Shown here: piece after piece, positions 36,609 to 50,811 of the stretch
How the letters are laid out: the number at the start of each line of letters is the position of its first letter
Position numbering within the stretch: position 1 is the stretch's first letter
Source of the DNA: Octopus bimaculoides
Lineage: Eukaryota
DNA length: 64,000 bases
Direction of reading: 5' to 3'
Assembly (NCBI RefSeq): GCF_001194135.2
Contig: NC_068989.1
Location: 60,668,322 to 60,732,321 of the forward strand
The notes under the pieces: generated by a model
The model's database searches: none
Seen by the model: the letters and a program-made list of their open reading frames with translations, nothing else
What the model was told of the DNA's origin: nothing
Translations under genes and position numbers: made by a program

Positions 36609-39600
36609 ATCGATTTTACCATTGCGCTCTGACGAACATCTGTTTTCCTTATAGCATTCTATGCATGATTTTTTCTTTCTCTTCTTCTCAGTCAGTAAAC
36701 AATTCAGCTTTCACAAATAAACGATCCTGTGCGAAATATTATCTTCTTCGTATGGCAAAATAATATTTTATTTGTGCATTGTTTTGTACTACTATTTTCC
36801 ATCGCATTAAATGTTACCTCGAAATCCATTGCTGCATTATATAATTGCATGCTTTACAACTTTATATCATACTGTAACTCAGACACGGGGTGATAATCAA
36901 AATTATTTACAGTGATTACTTATATCTGAATTGAGAAAAATGAAATGAACTGCATTTCATCTGGCATTCAACATTTCTACAGTCTCGTCGAAAAAAAAGA
37001 GACATTAAAAACAAAGTATAGTAATGTATTTCAGAAATATCTGACGTTTTCTAATAAATATTATTTTTTCTACAAATGAATAAAACATCTTAGAATTTAG
37101 TTATCGATTTACATAGGAAATTTTACCAAAATTTTAAGAATAACAAAAAACTTACATAGATGATGTATGAATTTAAATAAAGTATGTGGATAAAAAAGAA
37201 AAAAATAATTCAGTAGAAATTGACATGAATATAAACTTATATATGTGTGGGTGTGTGAATATATATATATATATNNNNNNNNNNNNNNNNNNNNNNNNNN
37301 NNNNNNNNNNNNNNNNNNNNNNNNNNNNNNNNNNNNNNNNNNNNNNNNNNNNNNNNNNNNNNNNNNNNNNNNNNNNNNNNNNNNNNNNNNNNNNNNNNNN
37401 NNNNNAACACTCAGTAGATTTTAGTGGTATACATATAAACTTTCTTAGGGAAAACCTTGATCATGGCTTCCATGTTTCGTATCATCTGCTATCAGGCACG
37501 CTCATCAAATTTTCTGATTATTTAATTGCTCGAACCAAATTTGTTAAAAATTAATTTTAACTTCTTACTGTATTTTTTATCCTCTATGTAATATTTAAAT
37601 AGTCTCTTTCATATTTGATAATGATAAACTTAGTTCCTCCCTGTTCAGTATTTGATGCTGAATGGAGATAACTACTCTGAAATGCATGCAGCTATCAATT
37701 TAGGCAGAGAACGCCTCGGAATTATTTGGTACGTTCATAATCTATTTGTCTACAGCGAGAATTTTTCTGCATGACAAAATACTGTGAATGGTGTTTTTTC
37801 GGGTTTGGATATGTCTCAAATATATTTGAAATGGTAATGAGTTATATTTTGTTCACTTAGTTCACTGCTAAGCGTTTCAAATCCGTATTTTATTACGTCC
37901 GCGTCACTGATTAGCGCAATGTGTCAATGTAGGTTGATATGAATATAAGAGAGACTTGTCTTTCGTAGTCAGATCGTAGCTCCTCTCTTTCCAATGTTTG
38001 ATGGTGAGATGGATATTATTTCTCCAAAATATACGCATCCATTAATATGCGTAGGGGACGCTTCGATCTAACCTGTGGTTGTGGTTGTCCACCTACTTTT
38101 CACAGCGAAAACTTTTCTTTGTGACAAAATACAATGAATGACTTTCTTACGACGTCGAATATTTCTCAAGTATATTTGAACTAAGAAAAAGTTTATATTT
38201 GTACACATCACTGCTTAGCGATCCTAATCCATATTTTATTTGATATTTGTATAAAACAGTAATTTCTGACCACCGGTTATATTCCGCCTGCCCCATCATT
38301 TGATCCAGGTCATCAGCGTTATTACATATGTGATGATTCACACAAACATTCTTTATCTTTATCTTGAAGGTTAGTGTTCAAAATGAAAGCAAATGACTTA
38401 CTTTTAGTGATCTCAAATGAAGTGATATACTTGAGCGATGTAAATACAAATTGGCGGGTAAACTAGGCTATTTTACGTGGTAAAAGAAAGGAGAATTTAC
38501 CCGAAAGTGAGATTTGAAATGTGTTTAACCTCTCCCTCTCTCTCTAAATACATTATGTATATTATATACGCATACACGCATATACATATGCATGTATGTG
38601 TGTGTGTTTGTGCGTGTAATATATATTATACATCTCGTCACACATACATATACGCATGCATGCATAAGACCACTGGGTGCTCTGTACTTGACAATATGCA
38701 TATTTATATAATATAATATTATATATATGCATATATATATGTATCTGTAACTATACATGTATTCTTGCACGCAGACACACACATGCATATGTTGGTGAAT
38801 CTGTATAGAATGTCTATGCGTGTTGAATTCGAATGTATAAGTTTAGGTGGCATTTTTATAAATGGATATAGACATATAAATGGCTAACAAATATTCTACA
38901 TAAATGGGACCATATAATAAGCTGCAGATGCATAGCATTTCCTCTGTAAAAACTATTCAAAATATCATAAATGTTAATTTCTGACATTTAATAATTACAA
39001 TTTCTTAAGTTTTTTCATCTATGTACTAAGAAATCAAAGGATACAGCCATCTGTAAATTCTCATGAATATAAAACCTAGATCAAAAAGACTTAATATTTA
39101 CAAATGTATGAATAATTCGTCTACTGTATTTGAGTGCATAAAATTTTAACACTTTGAGGCAGCACTATATAATAACGATAAAAAACGTCTGCGATATATG
39201 GCGAAGCAGATCACATTAAAACATTATATTCCAAGGGCAATATAGGATACTTCACTTTTAAGTAATGTATGTAGTTTGAACCACTATATGTATCTACTTT
39301 TCACCTCATAATGTGAGAAGAATTCTATAAACTAATCAAACACAAATTTTGTCAAATTTACTGAACGCTCAATTTCACAGCCTGTAGACATAACCAGATG
39401 TTACAAAGTGATGAGAGTTAACTGTATTCGTCACATTCATAGTCCCATAAATCTGTAACATAAACGAAGCAACTCACTGTTAATTGCAACCAAGTCTGTT
39501 CCACCAGTGAATACTGAATGACCCTTGTAATACATAGAGATTGTCTTAAAACTCCAGATATTGGAAGATCTAATTTGTCTAAATCCAAACAGATTGAAAT

Positions 39601-41944
39601 TAGCAAATTTTCACAGATATCACGTTCTTTAATGTTATACAGTAAAGCAATAAATTGTTCCACATCCTAATATTGCAAATAAACACTATATATATGTGTG
39701 TATGTGTGTTCGTGTGTACATGCGTGTGGTGTGTTTCTGTGTGTGTGTGTATGTGTGTGGGTATACGTATGTAGCTACGTATAGACACATCATTTACAGA
39801 ATTTTATTTGTCCATGAAACCAAAATCATTGCATGTCGTTAGATGTCATAACATTCGTAGAAATTTCAGTGACTTTTGTATTATCACAAACATCACGGTA
39901 CTGTCTGTAGCAGGTGAATATTTTATGCAATTTTTTTTGCAGGAACTCCGTTTAATACTACAATCAATCATGAAATTTTATTTCATAATCACAAGAAACT
40001 CTGTTAGCATCTGAGCACTTTAACATTCAGAACAGTAAAATCATTTATATTATAGATTTGTCAGCCCTTTTAGCATTTACGTTTGCGTCAAGGTCCTTTC
40101 ACTACTGTATTTCATAATAGATCCATTGGTTATGGAGCGTAGCATAGCTATTTCTGGTGCTATTGGGCATATCGTTCAATCCACAAGTGAATCGCTGATA
40201 ATGACCTTTAGGTGAAAGTCTGAGAACGTCCAGTGATGCATGAGGTTGATACTTATACAAGCTGACTACATCAGCTTGCCTTACATATATAATGCCTATC
40301 CTAGCGGCTTTGTACTTACACACCACCTGGATTTCTTTTGAAAACGAGAATTATCTGACCACTGTTTTTGTTTTGGAAGCCATGTTATGTAAATGTAGTG
40401 TCACATGTTAGAAATGTATGCGTCAGCAAAATGGTTTTGTAGAGCACATGTTCTCAAAAGAGATGTAGTGATTTCTTTTTCGAGAATTTTTCTAGAGGTA
40501 AATCTAGAGGAATTTTATGAAACTGGTGTTCCATCTTACAAAGCAATATAATGACATTCAGTGATTCATTTTCAGCTGCAAGTTCCATTTGGTAAGATTC
40601 CTTACTTCGAATGTTAACAATTTCTCCATACTACCTATTTACTAAACGATAAATTGGCTGTTCATCTGTCCTTCATGTTTTCTGTCTATGTGAGCATTTG
40701 GAATATGACATGAAGTTTGCATTAAGAAACTCCGGAAATTCTCGCATTTTTGCATCATTACGGTAATTTTTTGTTTGAGAAACGCAACGCATTTTCTGTC
40801 TCCGTGTAACATGGCCACTGTTTTTAAATCTCCTAGTTTTACATTGTTATAACGAACGGTTATAGTGTAACAATACTTTTAATGCTCTACTATCGGAATT
40901 TGATCACGGGGTAATTTGAAATTGCTTTAGCAAGGAGGTACCCCAAAGTTGATATATTACTCTTCTATCCAAGAGAGCAACGTATCTCAGTCACTGATCG
41001 TTACAACTTTAGGAAGAGAACTTGAAACTTGTAAAGCTATGAGATTTTTATCTGTTCACTTTTCTCTAGAAGTAACATGGTAACATGTCTATGATACTAA
41101 AACTGATACTGATAGTAGCTTTGTTTATTATTTTCTATTGTTTTTTTTTATCATATATACAGATTTTAAATGATATCATATCTTATTAATCTCATGGAGG
41201 ATGTAAATGCAAATTATTAGAAAATGACCGCTTCTTTTAATTAGTTTACTCCGTTTAGAGTCTACGTACAGAAGTAGCATGGTATAAATTCCCGTTCAAT
41301 CGGTGCATTTAGTATTTGTATTTGTTATATATAGTTAATAATTTGATTTCATATGAAAATCCATTTTATGTCACCTACAATGAATAACGCATTGTTATAT
41401 TATGACGCAACTTTGTATATATTTTGTATATTCTGATTATATGACAACTCTATTTCACAATGGGTACAGCTTAGTATTATATTCTGATTACACAATAAAT
41501 TGGAATGTACCAGTTTTCCCCACTGGTAGAGTCACAGATTAACGAGACATTTGACTGGGGACATTTGTTTGGGGAAATTCCTTATCTCGTATCCACTTAC
41601 AACGTTAGTCCAGTAGAAATGGTAAAATGCAACAATAAATGCAGACTTGTATCTAATATCAAAGTAAGAGATAGGAAATAACTGCAGGAAGTTATCCATG
41701 ATACCCGCTAGTTTACGTTTCTCCTTTTATAAGTGAAATTTATCAATATGCCTTAACGAATGTGCGATTTCATTCTAAAATATTCAAATACCTGACGATA
41801 TTACATATACATTGCACACATACATTACAGAAATATATGTGCAGTTGTATGCGCGTGAATAATATGCATATATATCTATATCTATAAATCTACCTTGGGG
41901 CGTCCTATGGGAGGACTTGATAGATAGATTATCTATCTAAATAT

Positions 41945-42111
41945 CTATCTGTCTGTCTGTCTACTTACCTACAAGCCTACCTACATATCAACCTACCTAC
42001 CTACCTACCTACCTACCTACCGACCTACCTACCTACCTACCTACCTACCTACATACCTACCTACCTAGTACCTACCTATCTACTTACCTATCTAAGTACA
42101 TACCTACCTGC

Positions 42112-42180
<69 letters not shown>
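41945..42180. repeat. (CCTA)n/(TATC)n compound microsatellite
   Basis: Directly visible. Confidence 0.95.
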
Positions 42181-43085
42181 GACTGAGTTGAATGCAGATT
42201 TACTTCTGCCTTTATAGCTCGTAAAGGAGACGTTGTTGTAGGAATGTACACACCACGTGTACTACAACAAAACTATGCGTAGCTCAAATACTGAGATTGA
42301 AAAGCAGGGGCGAATTATGCCTACCTTATCTTCAAAAAATATATATATTTGGCATTTTATGCATAGTAATCAGTGTAACCTTCATAATTTCATTGAATTA
42401 GGATCATATTTTGCCATAAAAGGTAAATGTTGCTATCAATCTATTTTATTCAAGGTAGTGCCTACCTAGGCGTCACGCCCCTAATACACACACACACACA
42501 CACACACACCACACACACACACACACATATAGTACACACACAATCACACGGACACACATACAGACACACACTAACATGTCTGGATGCATGTGTTTTTGTC
42601 TGTTCTACGTCATAAAAGTTTTAACCGATTGTGTTATAGATAGTTCTTACTCTGAAACTGTGGTTGGCTTCAGTCGTAAACTTAGAGGTATATCAATGAG
42701 ATATTAGTATGCCGGCGTTAGATCAGCTTATCTGCTGGTTGTTGGCTGTCTATGAGATTATTTATAAACTGTATTCTACTAGTTTATTCAGCAAAAGTTT
42801 TATATGCGTTCTAAAACTTTTCTTTCTTTTTCTACTGATTCTACTTGGTTTCGTTGATAACGCTCTAATCTTGTATCGTTCACATAATGTGCTTTCTTAC
42901 CCCAATTCATTTTCTCTTTCTTTGTAAACACACACACATCGATACATGCACACGCACATCCACACACAAACACACAGATACACACATACACACACACACA
43001 CAGAGAGATACACACACACACACACACAGATACACACACATCGACACAGACACACACAAACTGACACAGACACACACACAGTGAC

Positions 43086-43120
<35 letters not shown>

Positions 43121-43124
43121 CACA

Positions 43125-43161
<37 letters not shown>

Positions 43162-43650
43162 NNNNNNNNNNNNNNNNNNNNNNNNNNNNNNNNNNNNNNN
43201 NNNNNNNNNNNNNNNNNNNNNNNNNNNNNNNNNNNNNNNNNNNNNNNNNNNNNNNNNNNNNNNNNNNNNNNNNNNNNNNNNNNNNNNNNNNNNNNNNNNN
43301 NNNNNNNNNNNNNNNNNNNNNNNNNNNNNNNNNNNNNNNNNNNNNNNNNNNNNNNNNNNNNNNNNNNNNNNNNNNNNNNNNNNNNNNNNNNNNNNNNNNN
43401 NNNNNNNNNNNNNNNNNNNNNNNNNNNNNNNNNNNNNNNNNNNNNNNNNNNNNNNNNNNNNNNNNNNNNNNNNNNNNNNNNNNNNNNNNNNNNNNNNNNN
43501 NNNNNNNNNNNNNNNNNNNNNNNNNNNNNNNNNNNNNNNNNNNNNNNNNNNNNNNNNNNNNNNNNNNNNNNNNNNNNNNNNNNNNNNNNNNNNNNNNNNN
43601 NNNNNNNNNNNNNNNNNNNNNNNNNNNNNNNNNNNNNNNNNNNNNNNNNN

Positions 43651-43681
<31 letters not shown>

Positions 43682-45143
43682 TATGCATATAAACATATGA
43701 ATAAGTATGTATGTATCTATCTGTATACACAAACATATATATGTATGAGCGTGTGTGTATGTGTGTGTATGTACACGTAGGCTCTCAAATCTATTTATAT
43801 ATTTTTAACAAGGTATCTAGCAACATATACATTCTTCATACATTAAATTTTAAATAACATGAATTTGTTCTGCCTCGTTGACTTTAAGAGTATATCAATA
43901 TCAAATTTATGCTAGAACTTTCCACTCTCATTTCATAAAATCATAGAACAATTTACATCAAAATACTTCGTTCTCACTGAAACAAGAATTCCTCTGGTTC
44001 ACATAACAATTTGTAAGTGTATCTGATTTAAACGTTCTCTACTACTTAAACGAAATTGCGAATCATATTATTAATTTATTTCAGTAGAAAATAGGCTCGA
44101 AATTGTTCGGAAGTATGAAATTAGTGGATGAAATATTAGTACAATTTTTACGGGTATATTAGTAACACATTGCTATTTCTATTGATGTGAACCGTAATTG
44201 AAGTATATATTCTTTAGGATCTTTCCCCAACTTCACCATGCTGGTCAAATATTTGAGGAATAGGAATACGTTTTAATACGAAAATGATATCTCTGATTTA
44301 TATTTCTGGAAGCGGGGAAAACTGAGGTTCATTTGTCATTTATGCCTTTTAAATCGTCTTCTAGATAGTCGGTTAGAAAGTTACCTATGAGTTATCACAA
44401 TCGTCTTTTATTGCCAATATTTCTTCTTGATTGCTATCCAAAAATAGATGGAAGAGAGAAGAAGTTCTTTAGTAACATTGGTAACCATTCTAAAAGCAAA
44501 AAAAAAAAAAAAAANNNNNNNNNNAAAAAAAAAAAAAAAAAAAATTGACAGAAGTTTAAAAAATTCTTTAGAAATACGATAGAGACAGGGTGATTGGTTT
44601 GCGTCAGTATACATTTAGTACCGATTTACGTCGTTTGCCGCCGAAATCAATTATGTAAGATATTAAAACTTGAAACTTTCTTTTGAAAGAATAGCAAATA
44701 TTTATCTTACGATTGTGATTGAAAAAAAATTGTGTTTTGCATATTATTATTTTTTGTTACTGACGTCAGTATTGCAGTCTTGTTTTTACTGCTTTGAAAT
44801 TGGATAATAGATATAACAATCTCAAAATCAATAGTAATATTTTGTATGTACACCATTCTGTTTACAAATATATTATTAATCGAATACGTTTATCGATTAA
44901 GATAAAACCGAAATGACGAAAAGTAGAAACAAAAAAGAATATATAAACAAATATCTATTTTAAAGTCTCAGACGAGGTTTCTCAACTTTTATAAATAATC
45001 TTGAATCTTTATGGGCGTTATTCAATGATTTCGTGATGTACTGTAACTTCCGTAAGTTGAAGAAACGTTCGAAAGATATGGCCCCGCTGAACAGGATGTT
45101 GATATATTTGAATTTGGAACAGCTATGTAGCGGAGGAAATTTG

Positions 45144-45175
<32 letters not shown>

Positions 45176-46487
45176 CAAAGATAGATAGATAGATGGAGAG
45201 AGAGATAGAGATAGAGAGAGTGAGTGAGAAAGAGAGAGTGAGAGAGATTCCGTGATTGTAATTTGAAATTATAAAGTTCCTATTCATATACTATTAATTT
45301 CCAAAGCAGTTTGTTGTAATTTGTATGAATAGTAGCATGTAGCTTAAGATCAAAATTACTCACAACTGGTTTAAATCGTATAATTTCACCCATTAGAAAT
45401 ACCATAAAGTCTATACTTAATTTCATAAAACTGGCGATAGAGATTTTGTTACGAAAACTATTTCCTACAAGAGAATAATGTATTTTCTTCTAAAATTTAT
45501 TTTGAAGCTATATGTACACCATTAAAATCCATTTCATCATCATATGTAAACTTTCTGTGAATAATATATGGTCTTTCATTGTCGGAAAGAATTTGGATTA
45601 GTTTAGTTCGGTAGCATGCTCTCCATCAATATATATGTGTGGAGTCTACTACATAGCTATGTCGTTACAGTAATTCCTGAGGGTGATTCCTTCAATTGAC
45701 TTGAGTCCTCTCTCAGTATATTCAATGTTCCAACATTCCTCAGGAAATCAATTTGTTGTGTAGATCGTATTTCTAAAAGAAATACAAATATGAAAATTAC
45801 TACTTTATAAAGTTAACACGATGTTGGAAGCGGAGTATAGTCGATTAAACCGATTGCATAATATCGCTGGAATTATTGTATCCGTCGTAGAATCATGAAA
45901 GAATAATGATAGCTCAGCGGAATATGAGCTCACGGTGTAAAGTAATATAGCATATGCAAAACGTATTTAGTCGAACATGCATGTAACAAGAATATATGTT
46001 TGACAATTGCCTGCTCATTATGTTTTCCGACTGATATGAAAAAACAAAATGGCTTAGTTATATAATTATCTCAGATTTGCATTGTTAAAAAACAAAAAGA
46101 AAATCATGTCTGCTAAACTTCCAATGACTGTGTCACGACAAAAACAATGAATATTTAAAAAACCGGATTATATGGCGATAAAAATACATTTTTGTACAAA
46201 TAAGTTTAAGAAGTTAAACTAAGCGATATTATTCTTAAGCTGAAAACCAATGTAAAGATGCTGTAGAATGAAGGTTTTAACGTATATTGCCGTCGGGGAA
46301 GAATTATTAATAGCTTAGCACTCGATATATTTGAAACGTAAACATGTACTTCGCATTAATTCAAAATTATTTTGCTTTAACTGACAAAAGAAATTCCGGC
46401 ATCTGATTAGTTGTCGTGTTGGGGTTCATTTCTGAATGCGGGTTACTTTATTTATTTTCTAATATACGTAAAATAGTTACGCAGTGT

Positions 46488-46645
46488 ATTCTTTTTTTTC
46501 AATTCGTTTACTTGTTTCAGTTATTTGACTGCGGCCATGCTGGAGCACCGCCTTAGAGGTTTTTAGTTGAAGAAATCGCCCCCAGCACTTAAACTTTGTA
46601 ATCCTAGTACTTATTCTATCGGTCTCTTTGGCCGAACAGCTAGTC
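46488..46645 (-). mobile_element. SINE family A, 3' part
   Basis: TTACTTGTTTCAGTTATTTGACTGCGGCCATGCTGGAGCACCGCC..GTACTTATTCTATCGGTCTCTTTGGCCGAAC. Confidence 0.88.
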
Positions 46646-46778
46646 TTATAGCAAGAAAATCTAATTGGTTTAGTGGTGATTTCAATAAACAATACTTTTT
46701 GTTGATGCTGAAATATTTAAGTAGAGAGAACAAACCTTTACTATAAATATTAGTAGAGCATGTGGTTCTCAATGGTGA

Positions 46779-46834
<56 letters not shown>

Positions 46835-46988
46835 ATAGTAGTAGTAGTAGGTGTAGCAGTAGTAGCAACAGCAGCAGCAGTAACAGCAGCAGCAGCAGTA
46901 GCAGTAGTAATAATAGTAGTATTAGTAGTAGTAGTAGTAACAGCAGAAGCAGTAGTAGTAGTAGTAGTAGTAGTAGCAGCAGCAGCAG
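46779..46988. repeat. (AGT)n/(AGC)n compound trinucleotide repeat
   Basis: Directly visible; it explains the poly-S, poly-V and poly-L ORFs. Confidence 0.96.
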
Positions 46989-48920
46989 TATTGGCAACAA
47001 TATTTGAAGTATCAACTGCAGGAATAGTGGTACAAAATACAAAAGATGCATTAACTACAACAGATTCAATAATATTATCACCTGTTATTGAAACAAGACA
47101 GTAATTTAAACCAAAGCAAACAAGTACAATAGAGTTGATGTTGGAATGTAAAATACAGAGTTGAATGTAAAAAATACGATGTAGTCATAACTTGGAAATT
47201 ATTCATCATAAACCAAATACAGGTCAATAACCTTAAAAACAATTAAAACTGAACTAAATCTGGTTTTATTGATCGATTCCCAGACTACTGAGCGAAGAGA
47301 ACCCGATCAAATCATCTCACTATATGTCTAAGAAAGATACATTTAATTTTACAATAATAAGTCGGTTTCGCTATAGTTGGGTTCTATTTGGTTGAATACT
47401 CACTACTGTAGCAATGAATTTACAATATATTTAACATGACCATCAATAAAGTTTAGTGTAGAGTACAATTAATCATATGGATGTTTTACTGAGAAGCATG
47501 AAGACTCCTTCCTGGTTGATTACATCTCGATGCATTACATCAAGTCTGCATATTTCATTTTTGTTCTTTGAGCTGTGAAACTGAAACAGTCACTAATGCA
47601 TCGAAAATTAAATGGTTACAAATGTTCGAGGCAGTTGACTCACATCCCTGGTCCTTTAAGTTTTGCATTAAATGAGAATATTGTTTCCCCCTCGTTCAGC
47701 AGTCTCCCAATCAAAACTGCTGTAATAAAATTTCAGCATAATGTTGGAACCTGCTTAATATACTGAATATATTTATTTAATAATTAGCGTAATCAAAACT
47801 ACAAGAAAGTACCACATTATGCATGCAACTTCAGGAAATATGTTTATTATCGAAACCTGGCAATACTCAGGAATTCTTTCCTGACGTTGCATAAATATGG
47901 AACTAATTCTTTGTGGTTTTAATTACGTTAATTAATAAACGGAATATTAAATAGTTCCTAATAATTAGATACTGACTTTGCCATTGAAGAGAATGTTTTC
48001 AGAGAGGAAAATCTATTAATGAAAACAGTACGATAAAAATATTTTGGATAGATTCACGAATATCATTGCATTACGACCACAGAGATCGCTGTATGAACAA
48101 TAAAAATATATTGGATAAACTGCTGGAGATCACTGCTTTACGATAACGATATCCGGAATAAATTCATGGAGATCACCGCAGCGAACCGAATTCATGGTCT
48201 GTTTTACCTCAGTTTTGACTGAAGACTTTCTCCGCTAATATACTGATGGAATGAGTTAACAATATATATTTCTTAATTTCTCGTTTTCTCATATATAAGG
48301 AACCTATATGAAAAGAAGGTAATCATTTTCGTACATTTATTTTACAACATTCGATTTATTTCAGCGTTGGAACACTCATTACTAATGGGTCTTTAATACA
48401 TCTAACACTGGAATGATTGAAACAACCATTTAAAGGTACATTTTTTACTAGATTCGAAGATATACATCTCTTCATTTAATGCCTATTCACTTTAATTTAA
48501 TGGATTGTTCATGTTGTGAAGTAAGGAATACCAAATAATATCACTGGATATATTTAACTGGCTGAAGGTAGAAAAAGCGCGTTCAAAGACGTATACGTAT
48601 GAATCCGATCTTAAAACGATACACAAATTTTGTCTGATTTTCACACGATGCATAATTCATACCACACGACTTCCACATTACACATTGGTTTATTGGTTCT
48701 GAAAGAATAAGTTTTAGTTACAAATCTAAGTTTTAATGTATAAATTGTGAGGTACGGAAATATCGAGGTAAGTCGCTACACTTTCATCATATCGGCTCAC
48801 GTTTGCATAGAAAACAATTACTCGTTCATTAGTCTGATCAGTGACATGTGGCTGAAAGGTTTTTATTGAATCAGTTCCAGGGCTTAGCAGACTGTTTTTG
48901 TTTTGCAGTGTCTGGTTGTA

Positions 48921-49196
48921 CAGTAATCGATTGCCATATCGCGGTTCACCTATCGCGGTTCATCTATCGCGGTTCATCTATCGCGGTTCATCTATCGCGG
49001 TTCATCTATCGCGGTTTATTACTTAAGCTTACGTCGATTCTTCTGTGGTGTTATTTTGCATTTATAATAAAATAAATATATACAAATTATAAAAATAAGA
49101 AAAAAATATACAGCACTGTCTCTACTTCGTGGATTCTCACCTATCGCGAGTGGGTGGGTTTGGAACGTAACAACCGCGATTCTCGAGGGATTATTG
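48921..49196. mobile_element. pogo/Tigger-type MITE with TA duplication and an internal 14-bp tandem array
   Basis: TA|CAGTAATCGATTGCCATATCGCGGTT … AACCGCGATTCTCGAGGGATTATTG|TA gives imperfect TIRs of about 25 bp with TA at both ends (48919-48920 and 49197-49198). Confidence 0.75.
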
Positions 49197-50443
49197 TATT
49201 CTTTAACATTCTGTTATCGAACAGTTTCATTCTTTCTGAAGCAATAGAATATGCAACACTAATATACAGATGTCTATCTATCTAACTGACTAAATTTTCC
49301 TCTGAAAACCTTTCACATTGAATATATGTCAGAAAATGAAATAGCATTTTATTATTTACAGTAAAATTGTTGTTTCCATAATATTTTGGACATGAAAGAA
49401 GTCTTGTATATAAGTAGAATTTAAGAAAATATTAAATTAGACATATTCTTCCTGCATGAAATATTTTGTTCACGTTACGGTGATTTAATTCTTAACAGAA
49501 GTTGTTTTAGCGCATTTGGAAAAAAAAAACTAAGAAGGGAGTAATCTTAACATTGATCACATTGCGGCTGCTGAAGAGAAAGGGTTAACATTGATTGTTA
49601 AATCAAATAATGTTCATATTTCTATAACTGGTTAATTGATTTGACCTTTCAAAGATGTACTTGTAAAATGTTTCGACTGATTTTATATCTGTGATAGTTA
49701 CGTTCCCTCCATATCGGTGCATACAACAGCCGTTTAGTAATTAAATAGATTTCCCAAATAATGGCCGTTTGGAAAACAGCCAAACTTGATGCAGCTTAAC
49801 TTCATGACGTGAATTATTATTCACAGAGCCAACAAACAGTACATACATCAGACACAACATATTTAATAGAAAACGCTTATACTAGATACAAACGCTTTGC
49901 AGCTGATATAAAAAATAACGGCATCACCAACATCTGGAGTTTGAATGTTTATTAAGCTCAGTGAATACAGTTCAGTAACGCAACGTGAGAAGAATCTCTA
50001 AAGAATTTGAATTTCTCAGGCGTCAGAAATACTTTCGGAATAATAGTACAGAGTAAGATGTCAAACAATATATCCAGTATTAATTTATCTGCACATACAA
50101 AAAGAAATTATAGATCAGTCTCTGTTGCTAGCGTCAATAAATGTGACAAACCGGATTAAGACGACAATTTTTTGAGACATACGGAGAGCTGTTTCAGGCA
50201 AAGCTTTCTAAAGAAGAGTTGTAAGAAAATTTATATCAACAGAAGTTACAATGTTATTTACTATAAAAGCCATAGCCGGATTAAGAGCATTTAAAGAATT
50301 AAAAAAAAACTGTTGACGAGTATGTTGATAAAGTGAATAATTAAGTTCAAAGTCATTTGAAATGCAATGGATAAAAATTTTTGGAAACCATTCATGCCAA
50401 AGAATGCTTGTCTGAAAACACAAAGGCATGCCCACATTCTAAT

Positions 50444-50811
50444 TGTTGTTGGCACTCCGTCGCTCACGACGTCGAGGGTTCCAGTCGATCCGATCAACGG
50501 AACAGCCTGCTCGTGAAATTAGCGTGCAAGTGGCTGAGGACTCCACAGACACGTGTACCCTTAACGTAGTTCTCGAGGATATTCAGCGTGACATAGTGTG
50601 ACAAGGCTGACCCTTTGATTTACAGGCACAACAAAAACAGAAAGTAAGAGTGAGAGAAAATTGTGGTGAAAGAGTACAGCAGGGTTAACCACCATCGTGG
50701 AGCTTTAGGAGTTTTCGCTCAATAAACACTCACAACGCCCGGTCTGGGAATCGAAAACACGATCCTATGACCGCGAGTCCGCTGCCCTAACCACTGGGCC
50801 ATTGCGCCTCA
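50444..50811 (-). mobile_element. tRNA-derived SINE family C, full-length, with 12-bp TSD
   Basis: The minus-strand head GAGGCGCAATGGCCCAGTGGTTAGGGCAGCGG has an A box (TGGCCCAGTGG) and a B-box-like TTTCGATTCCC, and the tail is (AAC)n. Flanks CCACATTCTAAT (50432-50443) and CCACGTTCTAAT (50812-50823) match at 11 of 12 positions. Confidence 0.88.

Noticed and set aside
40102-40326. 74-codon minus-strand ORF
   Set aside because: No recognisable motif and no convincing splice sites.
44972-45051. 80-nt plus-strand exon candidate (…TCTCAG| … TTCC|GTAAGT)
   Set aside because: Weak acceptor, not frame-preserving, and the peptide is unrecognised.
48937-49016. CRISPR-like appearance of the tandem arrays (also 9677-9714 and 14840-14917)
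   Set aside because: No unique spacers of constant length, no cas genes, and a eukaryotic repeat context.
50740-50811. tRNA-like sequences (also 20470-20547 and 62890-62967)
   Set aside because: These are SINE heads with A/B boxes fused to SINE bodies; no complete cloverleaf or acceptor stem is evident.
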